From the NCBI GenBank assembly GCA_026770705.1, contig JANJGN010000006.1, positions 9,486,001-9,550,000 of the forward strand: DNA of 64,000 nt, read 5' to 3'. This DNA is from Isurus oxyrinchus (lineage: Eukaryota). This document shows, piece after piece, positions 1 through 12,865 of the stretch. Under the pieces are notes generated by a model, which saw only the letters and a program-made list of their open reading frames with translations, made no database searches and was not told the DNA's origin. Every line of letters begins with the position of its first letter. Positions within the stretch are counted from its first letter, which is position 1. Made by a program: the position numbers and the translations under genes.

Positions 1-370
1 GCGTTCGCCCCGTAGCGCACCAAATCTTTAAGATGCTATATGCTAATGGATCGAACATTGCGACAAATGCAAATCGAAGTAAAGGTGACCCAATGCTTTT
101 GGAGAGGGTTTTTTTTTCTCTCTTAAAGAATCCTTTTGTGTGTAAATTGTTTGGAAATGGCCAAAGATGCGAGTACGAGCAGCCAAGATAACCACGGCAG
201 ACCACATGGCCCTAAAGGCAGTTCGTTGTCAGCGGTCCGTGCGCTTAGCTCACTTCAGACATCGAGGAAAGACCTCGAAATCCAACTGATGCTTTATGAT
301 TTCATTGCGCTTTTTTGCGAGGTATTTTGGACGAGTCCACCGTTGACAGCCATTGACTCGCATGTCGGGA

Positions 371-383
371 AGGTCAATGACCT
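371..383. promoter_or_regulatory. Perfect IR1 nuclear-receptor palindrome (AGGTCA-a-TGACCT)
   Basis: Exact match to the FXR/RXR-type IR1 consensus, extended to AAGGTCAATGACCTT (370-384). Confidence 0.35.
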
Positions 384-2429
384 TTGCTTGGAGCTCTTTT
401 ACGTCATCGCTATTTAGGTTGAGCCATTATGTGATCATAACCTAATTTCGTGTTTAGCCGGAGACCTGCAGAGAGGAAGACGCTTTTTGGGCTTCCAAAT
501 ACCCAGGCAAGGGTAATAAGCCAGACAGTAACATGAAATCTGGCAAGGAATGTTTACATAGGTCCGCAGTCCCAAATGGGCAGATTCAGGCAACCTCTTC
601 GTTACGTTTTACGAGCTTTTTTTGTTACATCGCTCCTGGGAGTTACCGAGTGCAATCCCCTAGCCAGATAGAATCGATTTCTTTGGCAAGTTTTTTGCAG
701 CATCAAAGGCGCTATTAGCATGCACGTTGTTATGATTGTTTGTGGCCCCTCGCTGCGGAAGTGTTTGCAATGAGCGTGAGTCCCCAGTAAGAAATTCCCT
801 TCACGTAAGCAGAGACCGCTTCTTTGGGAAACAGCGACCAGCGGGTGCTCTTCCCAGATTTGACTTGCATGGCACCGTTGCAATCGACTTCAATGTAGGA
901 AGAGCGCCCCCTAATTTGGAAGCGTTGAAACGCGGCGTATTCCTCGCAGCTGACGTGAAAAATGTAACACTGTCACCGAGTGAACAGTGGGAAAACGTCT
1001 CATTCCCCTAGCACTGACGTCCTTCACCTTGATTGACTCGCATTCAGTGTCTGTCCCCAAGAGAATACGTTGCGGATGTAACGCTGTATGCATCGAGTTT
1101 TGATTGTTAAATCTATGAGCATCGTAATTGAAGAGATTGTTGTTTAACTGTGGAATGCATATCGAGGTCATGTTTCTGAATGTTTTTATTGGGGGATATT
1201 TCCGATGCACTACGCTCTAATCTATAATTTATTCAGTTTTGATGGAAGCCCATTACCGCACTGACGCAAATTACCAAGATAAAAGTTTGCTTTTCACACC
1301 ATAAATGCCGTTTTAGTGGCTATAAGCAAATTTTGGTACCTAACCTGATTTATCATGTGTAAGGTATACATCAAAAAAAAGATGAAAATGTCATTGTCCA
1401 AATAAAAGAGTAGTTCCAACACGATGAACTGTGTTTTTACAATTTAGTTTTCACACGTGTCAATCAGCAAAACATTTCAGATGTTGAATCAAAGATATTC
1501 AACGCTGACGTAATGTTTATGTTTACTAGGTTTCCAGGCGTGCAGTACATTGGTGCAGGATTTCTGTTGCAACATTTAAACCACCCCGTGCCCCATAGCA
1601 GGAAAACACGCTAAAAGTTTGTAATATTGCACACACGTTATTCATCCTCTGTTCGATCGTGGCACATTCGAGGAAAAGGGTGTAAGATTTTCTGATTTGC
1701 TCGCTGCAAACATGGCATTATCGAACACAATTTAATGTTGCCCTATTAAATAGCCTCTATTTGGGCCCAAAAAAAAGGAAAATAATACAGTGAATGAAGT
1801 GTTATTCTACGTCCACAAGCTATTAGTTTTATTTGAAACCTTGAGACTGGAGTTACGCATTAAATACGGGCCATTTAATTAAGTAAAGGCGATAACATTA
1901 TGCATAAACTGTCACCGGAACTTACAATCTTGGAATATATGTTTCTCAAACAAAAATCACACTATTGAAGTTTCCATACTTGAAAACTTTGGAAATGCTT
2001 TCTTAAAGATTGCAGTAAACAGAGGCATGGTCCAGTCATGTTGTCGTGCAATCTGCCCAGAATTTAAGACCTGCGACTAAAATTTAAAATCGCAGTTCCA
2101 TGACTAGTGATTGAAGTCTAGAACTGTAAACCCGACGTTATTTATAATGGTAGTTTCAGAGTGACAATCTTCTGTTTCACAAACGTCTACATTGGTAATG
2201 CAGTCGGCGTTTAATATTGCAATGTTTATGGAAATTTTCAGTTTAAATGGTTGCGAAATTAGTTAGTTATGCAAACACACTCGGGCCCGTTGTTATATCT
2301 CACAGATTGATAAAGCTTAGAATAAGCAATATGTGGTTTAGAAACAAAGTTCAAGGAATGGGACTAATACTAAATCAAGCAAAATGTAATTAGCAGTAAA
2401 TATTCATGTTTTCATTGTTATACTATGGA

Positions 2430-2461
<32 letters not shown>
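2430..2461. repeat. (TG)n(TA)n microsatellite
   Basis: Directly visible dinucleotide runs. Confidence 0.9.
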
Positions 2462-3789
2462 GAATACGAGAAGTGGGAATGGCTGGTTGTATCACATATA
2501 ATCTATTTTACTCTAGTATTTAATGTCCTTCAACAGGAAAAGCATTAATTACCTTGAAATTTATGTCATTTAGTTTCAAGATTATCTATGGTAGCTTTAT
2601 GATTTACGTAGCAATTGTAAAATTAGGATTAGTTATTGTGCTAAAGAACACACTTTGTAATAATTAACTTAGTTGTAAAATCTGAAATTATTGCATAATC
2701 TGTTATCTCGCTAATTTTGACAATCAGCCTTCCCAAAAGTGTTGGCAGTAAATATCCCGTTAGCAGTTAAGCTAGTGGAAATAATCACATTGCATCGTGT
2801 TGAAGCGAATGAGTGAAGGGAAAGGAGGTCTGAAATCCAGCCCAGCCACGATGACAGATATTCTGACCCCACTTCGAGCTGGAAGCTCCATTATAGACAG
2901 CTCAGTGAAGGAGCTCAAAACTCCATATGGGATCCTGATAAGAAGAAACTACTCTGTTGGTCTTCTCATGTTTGTAATAGAGGTTCGAATGCACTTTTTT
3001 TTAAAAAAATGTTGACATCCAGTTGCTTCGGTCGTAAAGAGTGGTGGGAAATTGGAATGCTAACTATCTAAGTTGATTCGTGCGTCTCATCAAATGCGTT
3101 CAGCGCGAGGCCAATTGCACTCTGCAGATGTCTACAGCTTAATTCGAAATAATGTGAGGGAAATGGTGGACGGGCAGTCAATTGTTGGCAGGTTTGGTGA
3201 CATTTACAGTGTGCTGGAGGGGGGTGGGGGGGGGGGGGGTGGGGTGGTGTTGGTGGGAAGATCTACAGGAGTGAAAGTGTGCCGGGCTTTAGGACTGCGC
3301 GGAATCCAGGCTGTGCTCGGTAGGACTCTGCAGTAAGTGTAGAGGACCTCAAGGAGGCCGCGCCGGCTGGGGAGGACGCTGGAAGAATCAGCCGAGGGAA
3401 AAGGTCCAGGCCTGGATTGGCAACGGGTAATTTACACTCGGATCACTATTAAACTCATCAGCTAATCAATATATTTTCCGATTGTCAACTTTTCGAACGG
3501 CGATTGCGAACCTAGTGCAGTAAAAGATGGTGATGTTTTTCCTTTAATGGGGGCTGGGGGGTGGGGGGGGGGGGGGTTGGTGGGGGTGGGTTGTTTGGTG
3601 GGTTGGTTGGTTTGGAGGGGGGGGGGGGGGGAGAGAGAGAGAAGAGGTTCCATCAGAGCTCTCTGCGGATGTGTATCCTCCTGTACGTTTTAACGATTGT
3701 TCACTTTCACCGTGAACTTGGGAGGTTTTAATGGTGAAGAACTGCGTTTTCCGATTAAGCGAAGGAGCTGTTAAAAGCTGAAATATTCC

Positions 3790-3928
3790 TTCAGTGCAAT
3801 CTGGCCGTGTCTGTGTGTGATTTTTCTCTCTCTCTCTCTCTCTCCACCCCCCACCCCCCCCCCCCCCCTTTCCTCCTCCTACTCCTCCTCTAAAGTCTTA
3901 CATCGAACAAAAATGTAGCTAAGCCTTG
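3790..3928 (+). other. Candidate non-coding first exon (5' boundary uncertain)
   Basis: CT/C-rich leader ending at the donor TTG|gtacgt (GT 3929-3930). An alternative strong donor GCA|gtaagt lies at 3333. The downstream exon has an acceptor at 6158, so an upstream exon is required. Confidence 0.3.
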
Positions 3929-6238
3929 GTACGTGTTAGTATTCACTGCAGCTAAAGCTAGTTTATCATCTGAAGCTTGGCTCTCTTCCAAACTCCACTT
4001 CTATAGTCAGTCTCTGGCACTTCCATTGCTCGCTTTCTGATAGCGCCGGCGAACCAAAATGGCATCAAATTCTGCATCAGTGCAGCCCATTTGGAGAATT
4101 TTGTTTTCTAACTGTGCAATAGTAAATGATTCCCCCGAGATTATTTGATGTCCGTGTGGAATCATGATGGATCGTACCTTGCCCCACCTGCACGCAAATC
4201 TGGGGGTGATGGGGGAAGGGGGGGGTGGTATATGTAAACTACATGCTTTCTTCAGTAATACATTTTTATTTCCATATACATTACTGCCTCTGCTGAACAT
4301 GTCACTGTTTTATTTTTTGTTCCTCAGCACCACTATGATCTGCAGCAAAGTGCAGTAGTTGTTACTTAACATGTGTTACATAATCATGTCTTAATGTCTT
4401 CAGTGTATCCCGTTATTGTAGGTATCAGGATCCTGGGATTTCTTTGCTTTTATTTACTTTCAAAGTTACCAAGTGGTAGCGGATGGATTTTTTTTTTTGC
4501 AATTGTATATCTGCTGCACTATTAACATGTAGATAGGTCTATTTGAAGCAGCCAACAATAATTAACGTTCATAGTTGTGGCACATGGATAATTTTGGGGA
4601 TGTCATGTTGTGAATGCTTCTTTATGTGATTATTTGTAGTGAAACGGTCTATGAAGGTTAACCTGAAGTTTAAAGGCAGCAGACGCCATGTTAGCGAGCT
4701 ATTCCCAATGATTCTAGATGAAGGAAGGGAGGGGGAGCGGGGGGCGGGGGGGGGGGGGGGGGGTGAGCAGGCGGGCGGGGGGGCTGGAGGGGAGTGTTGA
4801 AGCAATGGAAGGCTCCAGAAAATCTCTCTCACTGCAAGTACAACATCACACATGGCAAATGCATGCAGGATTTTCCATAGCAACAGGTGCTCAGTCCCTT
4901 ATTTTGACGGGGCGTTATTTTTTTTCATCATCGCTGCTACTATTGCGGGACTGATGCACACAGTCATCAGTCCTAGTACAGTCAGACTAGCTGAGGTCAC
5001 CGTTTCTGAGTCAAAACACAGAGCAAAGCTCTAATTATCAACCAGATCACAAGTCGGGTGTTTCGAGGAAACAGGCCATCTTCTCGATCTTTATAATTTA
5101 AAAAAAAACCTGAATGACGTACGGGACTTTATTCACACGCTAAGATGCGCTTTTCTTTTCAATGTGTATTATTTTTACATCCGATATGTCAACCTGCAGC
5201 CCGTGGTCAACCACTTATTCTGCTTGTTCTTCTGAATTGCAAGGATCAACACAAAAAAAAGGGGCGAGTGGTTTCAGAGAGAGAGAGAGCATTTAATCCA
5301 GTAATGTAATACGTAACACACAATATGATAGGGACATCGGATATTTCAAGGGGATCTGGAAGTATCACTCGACTTTGTTACGTATCCAATTGTTTCCACA
5401 TGTGTGAAGATTAGTTTGCATCAAAGATCGAGCGAAAGAGGTTTAAAACAAAATGCTGGACGGGAGATTCTTGCCAGTGAGGTACATAGAAAAACAGGGA
5501 AATCTGGGCTGGTTCTTGAGGTGCTGCTGACAAGCTTGACGAAGATGAGGGGGGAAATGGAAAATGCTGACCGAGCAGAACGTGAGAATGAAACGTTGCC
5601 AGCAAAAAAAAAAATTATATATTAAAAAAAAGATGCATTTTAATTTAAAGCAAAAAAAAAGGGTCGCTTTCTCCTCTGGCCAAAGCTAGTAAAGCAACAA
5701 AATGCGCAGTTTGGCACCATGTCAAAACCGCCATGTTATAACAGAGAGGAGGAGAGGAGAGAGGGGGGTGGTGGTGGGGGTTGGGGGGGGGGGAACACTC
5801 ATTCAATGTAATTGTGGTCTGTTACGGTTTTTTTTAAAGGGGAGGCACCTATGACAATAATGTTCAACCAGGTGTCCCAAGTGTGTGGGCGGGCGGGGGG
5901 GGGGGAAGCTGACGATTAGTGATGATCAGCAGGCGAGATATAATATATATATACACGATACTCAACGTGAAAATGGTTGTCAACAACTGTCCAGCTTCAG
6001 TGCCTGGAACGATTATCATTTTCGCTAAGGAGCCCCGAGCAGCCAAATCATTGAAGACGTTAAGAAATCGATCCTTAATTTGACTGTTCCCCCCCAAAAA
6101 AAATCACCAATTGTTTTTTTTTTTGTTTATTTATTCGCTTTTTTTTTTCTTTTTCCAGACAAGGAAAAGCCGAAGGACAGAAGGCACTGCTCCGCTTTAT
6201 TCTGTATAAAATCTTAACAATCTATTAAATCTGATCCC

Positions 6239-6298
6239 ATGATGCCGTCCAACACCAACACAAACCCTGCCCTGGAAGAAGGAGTTGAGACACAGATG
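6239..6298 (+). CDS. DNMT3A: DNA (cytosine-5)-methyltransferase 3A-like, first coding exon (exon 6159-6298; MMPSNTNTNPALEEGVETQM)
   Basis: Long polypyrimidine tract plus ccag acceptor at 6157-6158. In-frame upstream TAA, ATG at 6239, phase-0 donor ATG|gtaaga at 6299. The layout (5'UTR plus ~20 codons, phase 0) matches DNMT3A exon 2, and it joins in frame to the GRPGRKRK exon. Confidence 0.72.
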
Positions 6299-6639
6299 GT
6301 AAGAAATGACCCCCCCACCCCCCATCCACCAAACCCTTCAGATTTTAACACTTTATTCCATTGCATTTCTTTGTTTTGGTTCCGTGACAGGGTTTTGTTG
6401 AGGTCGGGCGGGAGCGGGACCCCCGACCTTCGCCAAAATCCTTAGGGCCACAGTGTGTCTCCCCCTTTCCCCCTCCCTCTCCCTGACTCCCCCTCCCTGA
6501 ATTCCTGTTGTGTGGCTCCGCGTTGGGATCTTGCTGATCGGTGGGAGCTGCTTTTTTCTTCTCCTGCTGAAGCTGCCAGGCGTTGCATTGTGGGATTGTC
6601 GCATAGCGCAGGCCAAAAGTCAGTTCAAACTTTCAACTC

Positions 6640-7640
6640 GGCAGCCCCGCAATCCCCGCCCCGCACTGAGCCCCCCCCCAACCACCCGCAATCCCCCGCC
6701 CCGCACAGTCTCCCCCGTCCGCAATCCCCGTCATCCCCGCCCGCAGTCCCCCGCCCCGCACAGCCCCAGCGGCCCCCCTCCCGTCATCCCCGCCCCGCGG
6801 CAGCAGCCACCCCCCTCCCCGTCCTGTCCGCAATCCCCGCCCCGCACAGCCCCCCCCCCCCCCCCCGCTCCGCAATCCCCGTCATCCCCGCCCGCGCCAG
6901 CCCCGTCCGCCATCCCCGCCCCGCACAGCCCCAGCGCCCCCCCCCCCCCCCCCCCTCCCACCCGTCATCCCCGCCCCGCGGCAGCAGCCACCCCCCCCCC
7001 CGTCCTGTCCGCAATCCCCGCTCCGCACAGCCACCCCCCCCCCGCTCCGCAATCCCCGTCATCCCCGCCCGCGCCAGCCCCGTCCGCAATCCCCGCCCCC
7101 GCACAGCCCCAGCGGCCCCCCCCCCCCACCCGTCATCCCCGCCCCCGCGGCAGCAGCCACCCCCGCCCCCCCCCCCCCGCCCTGTCCGCAATCCCCACCC
7201 GCGCCAGCTCCCGTCCGCAATCCCCGCCCCGCACAGTCCCCCCCGCCCCGCAATCCCCGTCATCCCCGCCCGCGTCAGCCCCGTCCGCAATCCCCGCCCC
7301 GCACAGCCCCAGCGCGCGCCCCCCCCCCCCGTCATCCCACGCCCCGCGGCAGCAGCCAACCCCCCCCCCCCCACCTCAGTCCCGTCCTGTCCGCAATCCC
7401 CACCCGCGCCAGCCCCTCTCCGCAATCTCCGCCCCGCACAGTCCCGCCCCGCAATCCCCGTCATCGTCAGCCCCGTCCGCAATCCCCGCCCCGCACAGCC
7501 CCCCCCCCCCCCGCCCCACCGGCCTCGCAATCCCCGCTATCCCCGCTCCGCAATTCGCCTGCCCGTCAACGCATCGCACCTCCGACCCGCACAGCCTCGT
7601 CATCCCGTTCGCGCTGCGCCGGACCGCTCGTCTCCGCCGC
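6640..7640. repeat. C-rich, CpG-dense higher-order minisatellite
   Basis: Recurrent modules GTCCGCAATCCCCGCCCCGCACAGCCCC, CCGTCATCCCCGCCC and GCGGCAGCAGCC separated by poly-C. The GCGGCAGCAGCC module recurs every ~170-200 bp. Confidence 0.92.
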
Positions 7641-9261
7641 ATCCCGTGGTCCCGGTGGATTCATATTTAAATTATTTATTTATTTATTACAATGGGATTT
7701 TATCACCGTCCTCAACCCCACCTCCGTCTTTGCCGACAAACACCGTCACACTGCGTCAGGGTCCAAGTGGTTTATGGCCCGAGTAAACACGGCCAGGGTT
7801 GCACCCAGTTCACCAACTTTCACCTCGTCCATTTGGAGGGAGCGGGTCCATTTGCAGCGTGAAGTACTGAACCTGAACCCCCGCATCTGCTGGCCGGTTG
7901 TTGTTTGGGTGGGGGGTGGGGGTGGGGGTGGAGAAACAAAAAAGTGAACCGGGTTGCCAATGCCAGAAAACCCCTGTCGCTGCAGCCGATGTTCAGCAGG
8001 TTAAAATAAAGTGTACAGACGGCGCAAGATTCATTTGCCGCAACTTGCTGTTCAACTGTTTGTTTGGCAGAGCGCTAATGTTATTCAGTGGGCCCATTGA
8101 GAGTTGATGTACAGTCGAGGTGGTGGTGTTCTGGTTTATCAACGTGTCAGCGATATTAATCCACATGACTCTCTTCAAAATAAACCAACCTGGAATTCTG
8201 CACTCAGAATGAAAAAAATTTCAAACTCCCAAAGTAGTCAACTAGTATTTTTTTTTAAAAAAAACGTAAACATTATATTTGTCCAGATTTAAACATTGGG
8301 GGGAAAATCAGTTCTCTTAAAAATGGTTTTAATGCCCCAATTTGTCTTCATTTGAGCTACTTCCTTCACCGCAAAGTTAGTTTCATCGTTCCATCGAATT
8401 TTCCTGCCACTACAGTTAGTCAACAAAGCTTTGCATATGGCAGGGTGAGCATCTCTAATTGCTGTTATTGTACATTTCACTTCTGTGAGGTGTTCAGTAC
8501 AATGAAGGAACACTCATTAATAGTGTCACATGGGTCTGAATAGCTGACAGTACTGGACCTGTAAACCCCTCAAAATCATTCATTAAACAATAACTTGGAA
8601 CTAGTAATGAAAATAGTACAACTTTTAGTCATTTTCCTTCTCTCTTAAACACTCTGGCACCACATATCATTCCTTCAGAAGGTGCCACTCTCAAATCAGC
8701 CACTGGAAGGTGGGTAAGACTAGCCATGGCTCATCTCACCATCTAGTTTTGCCTCCCTTGTATGTAAGTGCCTTTTCACAGCTCAGTATATTTCCTTGTT
8801 AGTCTGCACACAGTTGGAGCTCACTGAGCAGGTGCCAAACTGAGTATTTGCACTCTCATATCATCTAGGTGCAATAACAGCTTGTTCCATTGGAGAAGCT
8901 TTAATGATATTCAATCTTAAAATAAACCCTTTTGTAGAATATAAATGTTACTACTTCCATAGTATCCTGTATTTCTGCATTAATTATATCACTTCATGCC
9001 ATTAATCGAAAAGCAGATCTGAGAAATAGACACCCTGCAAGTAGTCAACATATCTCTTGTGGTTATTTAACTTTTCATTATAAATTAATTATAATGATCA
9101 ATGATTATAAATGAATTAATTGGAAAAAAATAATCAATTATTAGGGCTAAAAAGATGACTAATATCTGACTGTTCACAAGGGGTCAATTTATAGAAACTG
9201 TACAAATATATTACTGAATGTTTTGCACTATTTATAGGCAAACTCTATAGGAAGATACAAA

Positions 9262-9482
9262 ACAAAAACAAAAATACCTGGAAAAACTCAGCAGGTCTGG
9301 CAGCATATGCGGAGAGGAACACAGTTAACGTTTCGAGTCCGTATGACTCTTCAGCAGAACACCTCTTTTCTATTTTTAATTAGTTCTGTTGAAGAGTCAT
9401 ACGGACTCGAAACGTTAACTGTGTTCCTCTCTGCAGAGGCTGCCAGACCTGCTGAGTTTTTCCAGGTATCTTTGTTTTTGTT
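9262..9482. mobile_element. Fold-back (palindromic) element, probably Penelope-derived, with a hammerhead-like motif in each arm
   Basis: ~100-bp inverted arms (9260-9360 / 9383-9483) with a 22-nt spacer. Flanking direct repeat TAGGAAGATACAAA (9248-9261) / TAGGAAAATACAAA (9483-9496). Confidence 0.85.
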
Positions 9483-11959
9483 TAGGAAAATACAAACTCA
9501 GTTTACTTGGGTACTGTGTAAGTTGATTATCTTTGCTACATCTTTGGAAATTGTCTAACGCCAAGGTTTAAAACTGAACAAAGTGGAAGAATCCCAATCT
9601 ATATTGAGGCCTTGTTCCACTAGTCACATTTATAAGCTGTCTATATTCCCTGCATGCTTTTTTAAACTCTTCCATCTCACAGACTCTCTGTTTTCCTTTT
9701 GTCTGCCCATTTATATTTCTCTATCTGAATAGTTCACTTCACAGGTTTTCCCTTTTCTTTATCTTTCTCTCTCTTTCTCTCTGACTCCATGAACTCCCAC
9801 TGTCTGCATTTTGTAGGACTATAATTCTTTTTGTAAATATATGCCTTCAATCATGCCCCTTCGTAACTGTCATCCTGGTTACCGTAAAGGAATCATCTAT
9901 CTTACACACAATGCTTATCAACACAAATGCATGTGTATTAGCTTGATTGCTGCTGCTATTGTGACACTACAATCACAGCTGTTGCTGCTCCCACCTTTAT
10001 CACAATTCCATGTTGTACAGAATTAAAATGTTTCAATTTATTTCAAGTGTGTTAGAAATGACTGATAACTGTCAAAATAAGCAGTTTATTTTGTGCCACC
10101 TACACCAAATCAATTCTTCAGGGAAATAATTTAATATGCAAGTTATTCAACACTGATGCAGCCATTGTGATATAAAGACCAGAGTAGCTAAATAGTGATT
10201 CCTTACATTATCCAGTACAACAAAGTAAATGTATTGGATACAATTTCAAATTCTTCTAGAATTGTGTACTTGTAAAATAATTGTGATTACACCGAAAATA
10301 TCACAAATCATTACACTCAATGAAATGGTTACTGCATTACTCACCATGGTAATTTGACTTATCTGTGTAAAAGAAAGTCAAATTCTGCAGTAATTGTCAA
10401 CAATTTTTCTTACTCATATTAGTATTTTAGCTTTTGATGCAGTCTGCTACTTGTTCATGTATGAAAGTGCATTAATTGAGTTTGAGTTGTCACACAAATG
10501 GTTAGAAGTGGATCAATTTGTCACTAAAAGTAAACATTATAGATCCTCCATTCTTGTTTGGAGTCATTTTGTCTTAGAAAATGGATTTGAGTTCTTTCTA
10601 GCAACAAAGTGGGTATAAAGTCAAATAGACTCGTCAGAGGTTTCATATAGATTCCCAAGAGATATATGAATTTAATGCTGTGATGTAGCAGTTGTTGCTA
10701 GCTGGTAACATGAATGCTTAGTAAAAGTCATAGCCACTGTATGTTTGTTTTATCTCCCATATTTTGTAATTCCCATCAATTGAATCCTGTAGGCAACCAT
10801 ACTACATTTTACCAAATTTAATATACTTTCAGTAAAGTTGGATGCCAGTGCAGACTTTGTTTGTTAAAAGAGAAAACCTTTGTTTTTAGTAAGAAAAAAT
10901 AGAGCTTTCCTCACCAAAGTATGGCAGTTGTGATTTGTACATGTGGTGCAAAGGCATTTTCAAAGTAAAATACCTTTACCCAGAACAGTAAACAGAATTT
11001 TAGATGAAAATTGTTAACACAAGCATAAATTGCAAAGCTCAGACTCTTTGGGTGAGGTTTCAGATGGCAGTTTATGGTGAGGCTTCATGCAAATTTATCA
11101 GCTTCAAAACTTCTTCAGTAAAGGCTTATTAATTTATATAACAAGCCTAACTTCACTGGTGATTTGTAACATTGTGTTGAAACCATGATTGTGCAAAGTG
11201 AAGCCCAATCCAAATAATTAAAGCTGTAGCCAGTGGCTGTGAAATAATGTAAATCTTGACAAATGTAATTTCTTTAAAGCTTTGTTACTTTGTAGCGCCA
11301 GAAAGATACAATGAAACAACTGTACTACATAAATAGTGAATACCTTTCAATATTAGACTTTACTTTGACTTTTCAATTTCCTAGGCAGTATTAGAAATTG
11401 CACAACTATAACATTCCTTTGGCAGGTCTGCCAGCTTTGGGGAAAATATATATTTCATAGAGTTCAGTCCTCCAGTGGTGCCAATTAGCAGTTTATCTCA
11501 CCCAGCAGGTTGACCATATCTCCATAACAACCAGCATGTTAGCGTCAAAAGCAGCTGGCTGACTACTAACTTTAGTATTAAGCTTGACCTCGGATGTCCT
11601 CAGATCACTGTGTCTTGTACCACTTTAATTTTATTTTAAGGCAGAATCAGTAAGTTGGAGAAAATATGTTTCACGAAGAGGGATGGTATTTATCTAAAAT
11701 ATATTATAAATCACCCAATATTAAAATATAATCAAGAATTCGAGTGCCTTTGAAGGACAAGGTTGCAAAACCTTTTGACCACTAAATTCCTATTCTGAGT
11801 TTAAGGTTAAAGTACATTATTGGATCAAAATAGTTTGAAAGATATCTCTTATCTAGTCAGTAACATTCAATATTGACACTGGTGCATAAAATGGAAGAAC
11901 AGAGAATTCTAGTTTCTCGCCCAATATTTATTACTCAAGTCTCACAACCGAAAGCATAC

Positions 11960-12698
11960 TGGCTGAATTTTCCCAGTCCTGCAGAAGCGGGTTAGAAGGA
12001 GGGACTGGGAGCAAAAGTTGTAAAATGGAGCGCTGGATAGCTGACCAGCGTGTTCCCAACTCTGAATGATCCTGCTGCAGGTGGGGGTGAACACGGCAGA
12101 GGCTACCCACGCAGCAGCAACGGGTAGCCAAATAGGGGAAAGATGATGGTGCTGTTGGGCTCTTCCCAATAGCGAATGCATTCCTGTTGGAGCCAGAGCC
12201 CAGCATTTAATAGGAGGTGGCTTCCTAACGCAGGCTGAGACGTCACCAATGCGTTATCTTTCTCACCACAACGTAGACACACTGGAATGTGAAGGGGAAG
12301 CGTCACAGCTGCAAACCATTCTGTGGAAGTGTTCCCCTCCACAGTGATGGTCTGACAACTGTGACTCTGCATGTTTTCTAATTTTTTTCAATGCTGCAGT
12401 CTCATGCCTGCCTCATAGGCCCCATCTCGCCCAGTGGTGCTGCCAGCTGGATAATTGCTGCAGGCCCTTCTACCAGGCCTCCCAGGCCCTTCTACCAGGC
12501 CTCCCAGGCCCTTCTACCAGGCCTCCCACTTCCCTGATCCACCCACCGTCCTTAAATGAACGGAGGTCCTAAAGGTGGCTTCTTAAGTGGCTGCCTCCAG
12601 GAAGATCATGAATGACATCCCATCATGGCCGCTTCTGGGTTCCTATCCAGAACTGAGGCCTACATTGAGATTGCGATGCAACTGGGAAAATTCAGCCA
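11960..12698. mobile_element. Non-autonomous TIR element (PIF/Harbinger-like MITE)
   Basis: Perfect 18-bp TIRs TGGCTGAATTTTCCCAGT / ACTGGGAAAATTCAGCCA around a GC-richer non-coding interior. Confidence 0.75.
12461..12526. repeat. 22-bp tandem repeat x3 (CAGGCCCTTCTACCAGGCCTCC)
   Basis: Three identical units inside the MITE. Confidence 0.92.
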
Positions 12699-12709
12699 AT
12701 TATATGATC

Positions 12710-12865
12710 ATGATCTCATTGCTTATTGTGGGGCCTTGCTGTCTGCAGCTTAGCTGTTATATTTTCCTACATTACAACGGTCTCTACAATTCACAAGTTC
12801 TTCATTGGCTAGAAAGCACTGGGATATTATGAGGTTGTGGAGCTGTTTTATAAATGTAAATTGTT
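12710..12865 (+). mobile_element. Deu-type SINE 3' fragment
   Basis: Similar to the 3' half of the element at 38735-39150 (ctcattgct..tgtgggNNcttgctgt...ctacattacaac...tataaatg). Confidence 0.5.

Larger units (their letters stand above)
1..8200. promoter_or_regulatory. CpG-retaining, TE-poor promoter/5' domain of the DNMT3A-like gene
   Basis: CpGs are visibly frequent at 1-1300 and 3000-8100 but depleted in the downstream intron. Many G/C tracts. No recognisable LINE/SINE before ~8.6 kb. YY1-type CCGCCATGTT at 5728-5737. Confidence 0.6.

Noticed and set aside
136-1210. Short ORFs at the window start as exons of a neighbouring gene
   Set aside because: No recognisable protein similarity or consistent splice signals.
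6299-6445. Continuation of ORF 6239-6445 past codon 20
   Set aside because: Read-through of the gtaaga donor into intron sequence.
6455-7786. Long Pro-rich (+) and Gly-rich (-) ORFs of 443, 386 and 248 aa
   Set aside because: They are open in several frames on both strands because the C-rich minisatellite lacks stop codons. Variable poly-C runs shift frames freely, and the region lies in an intron.
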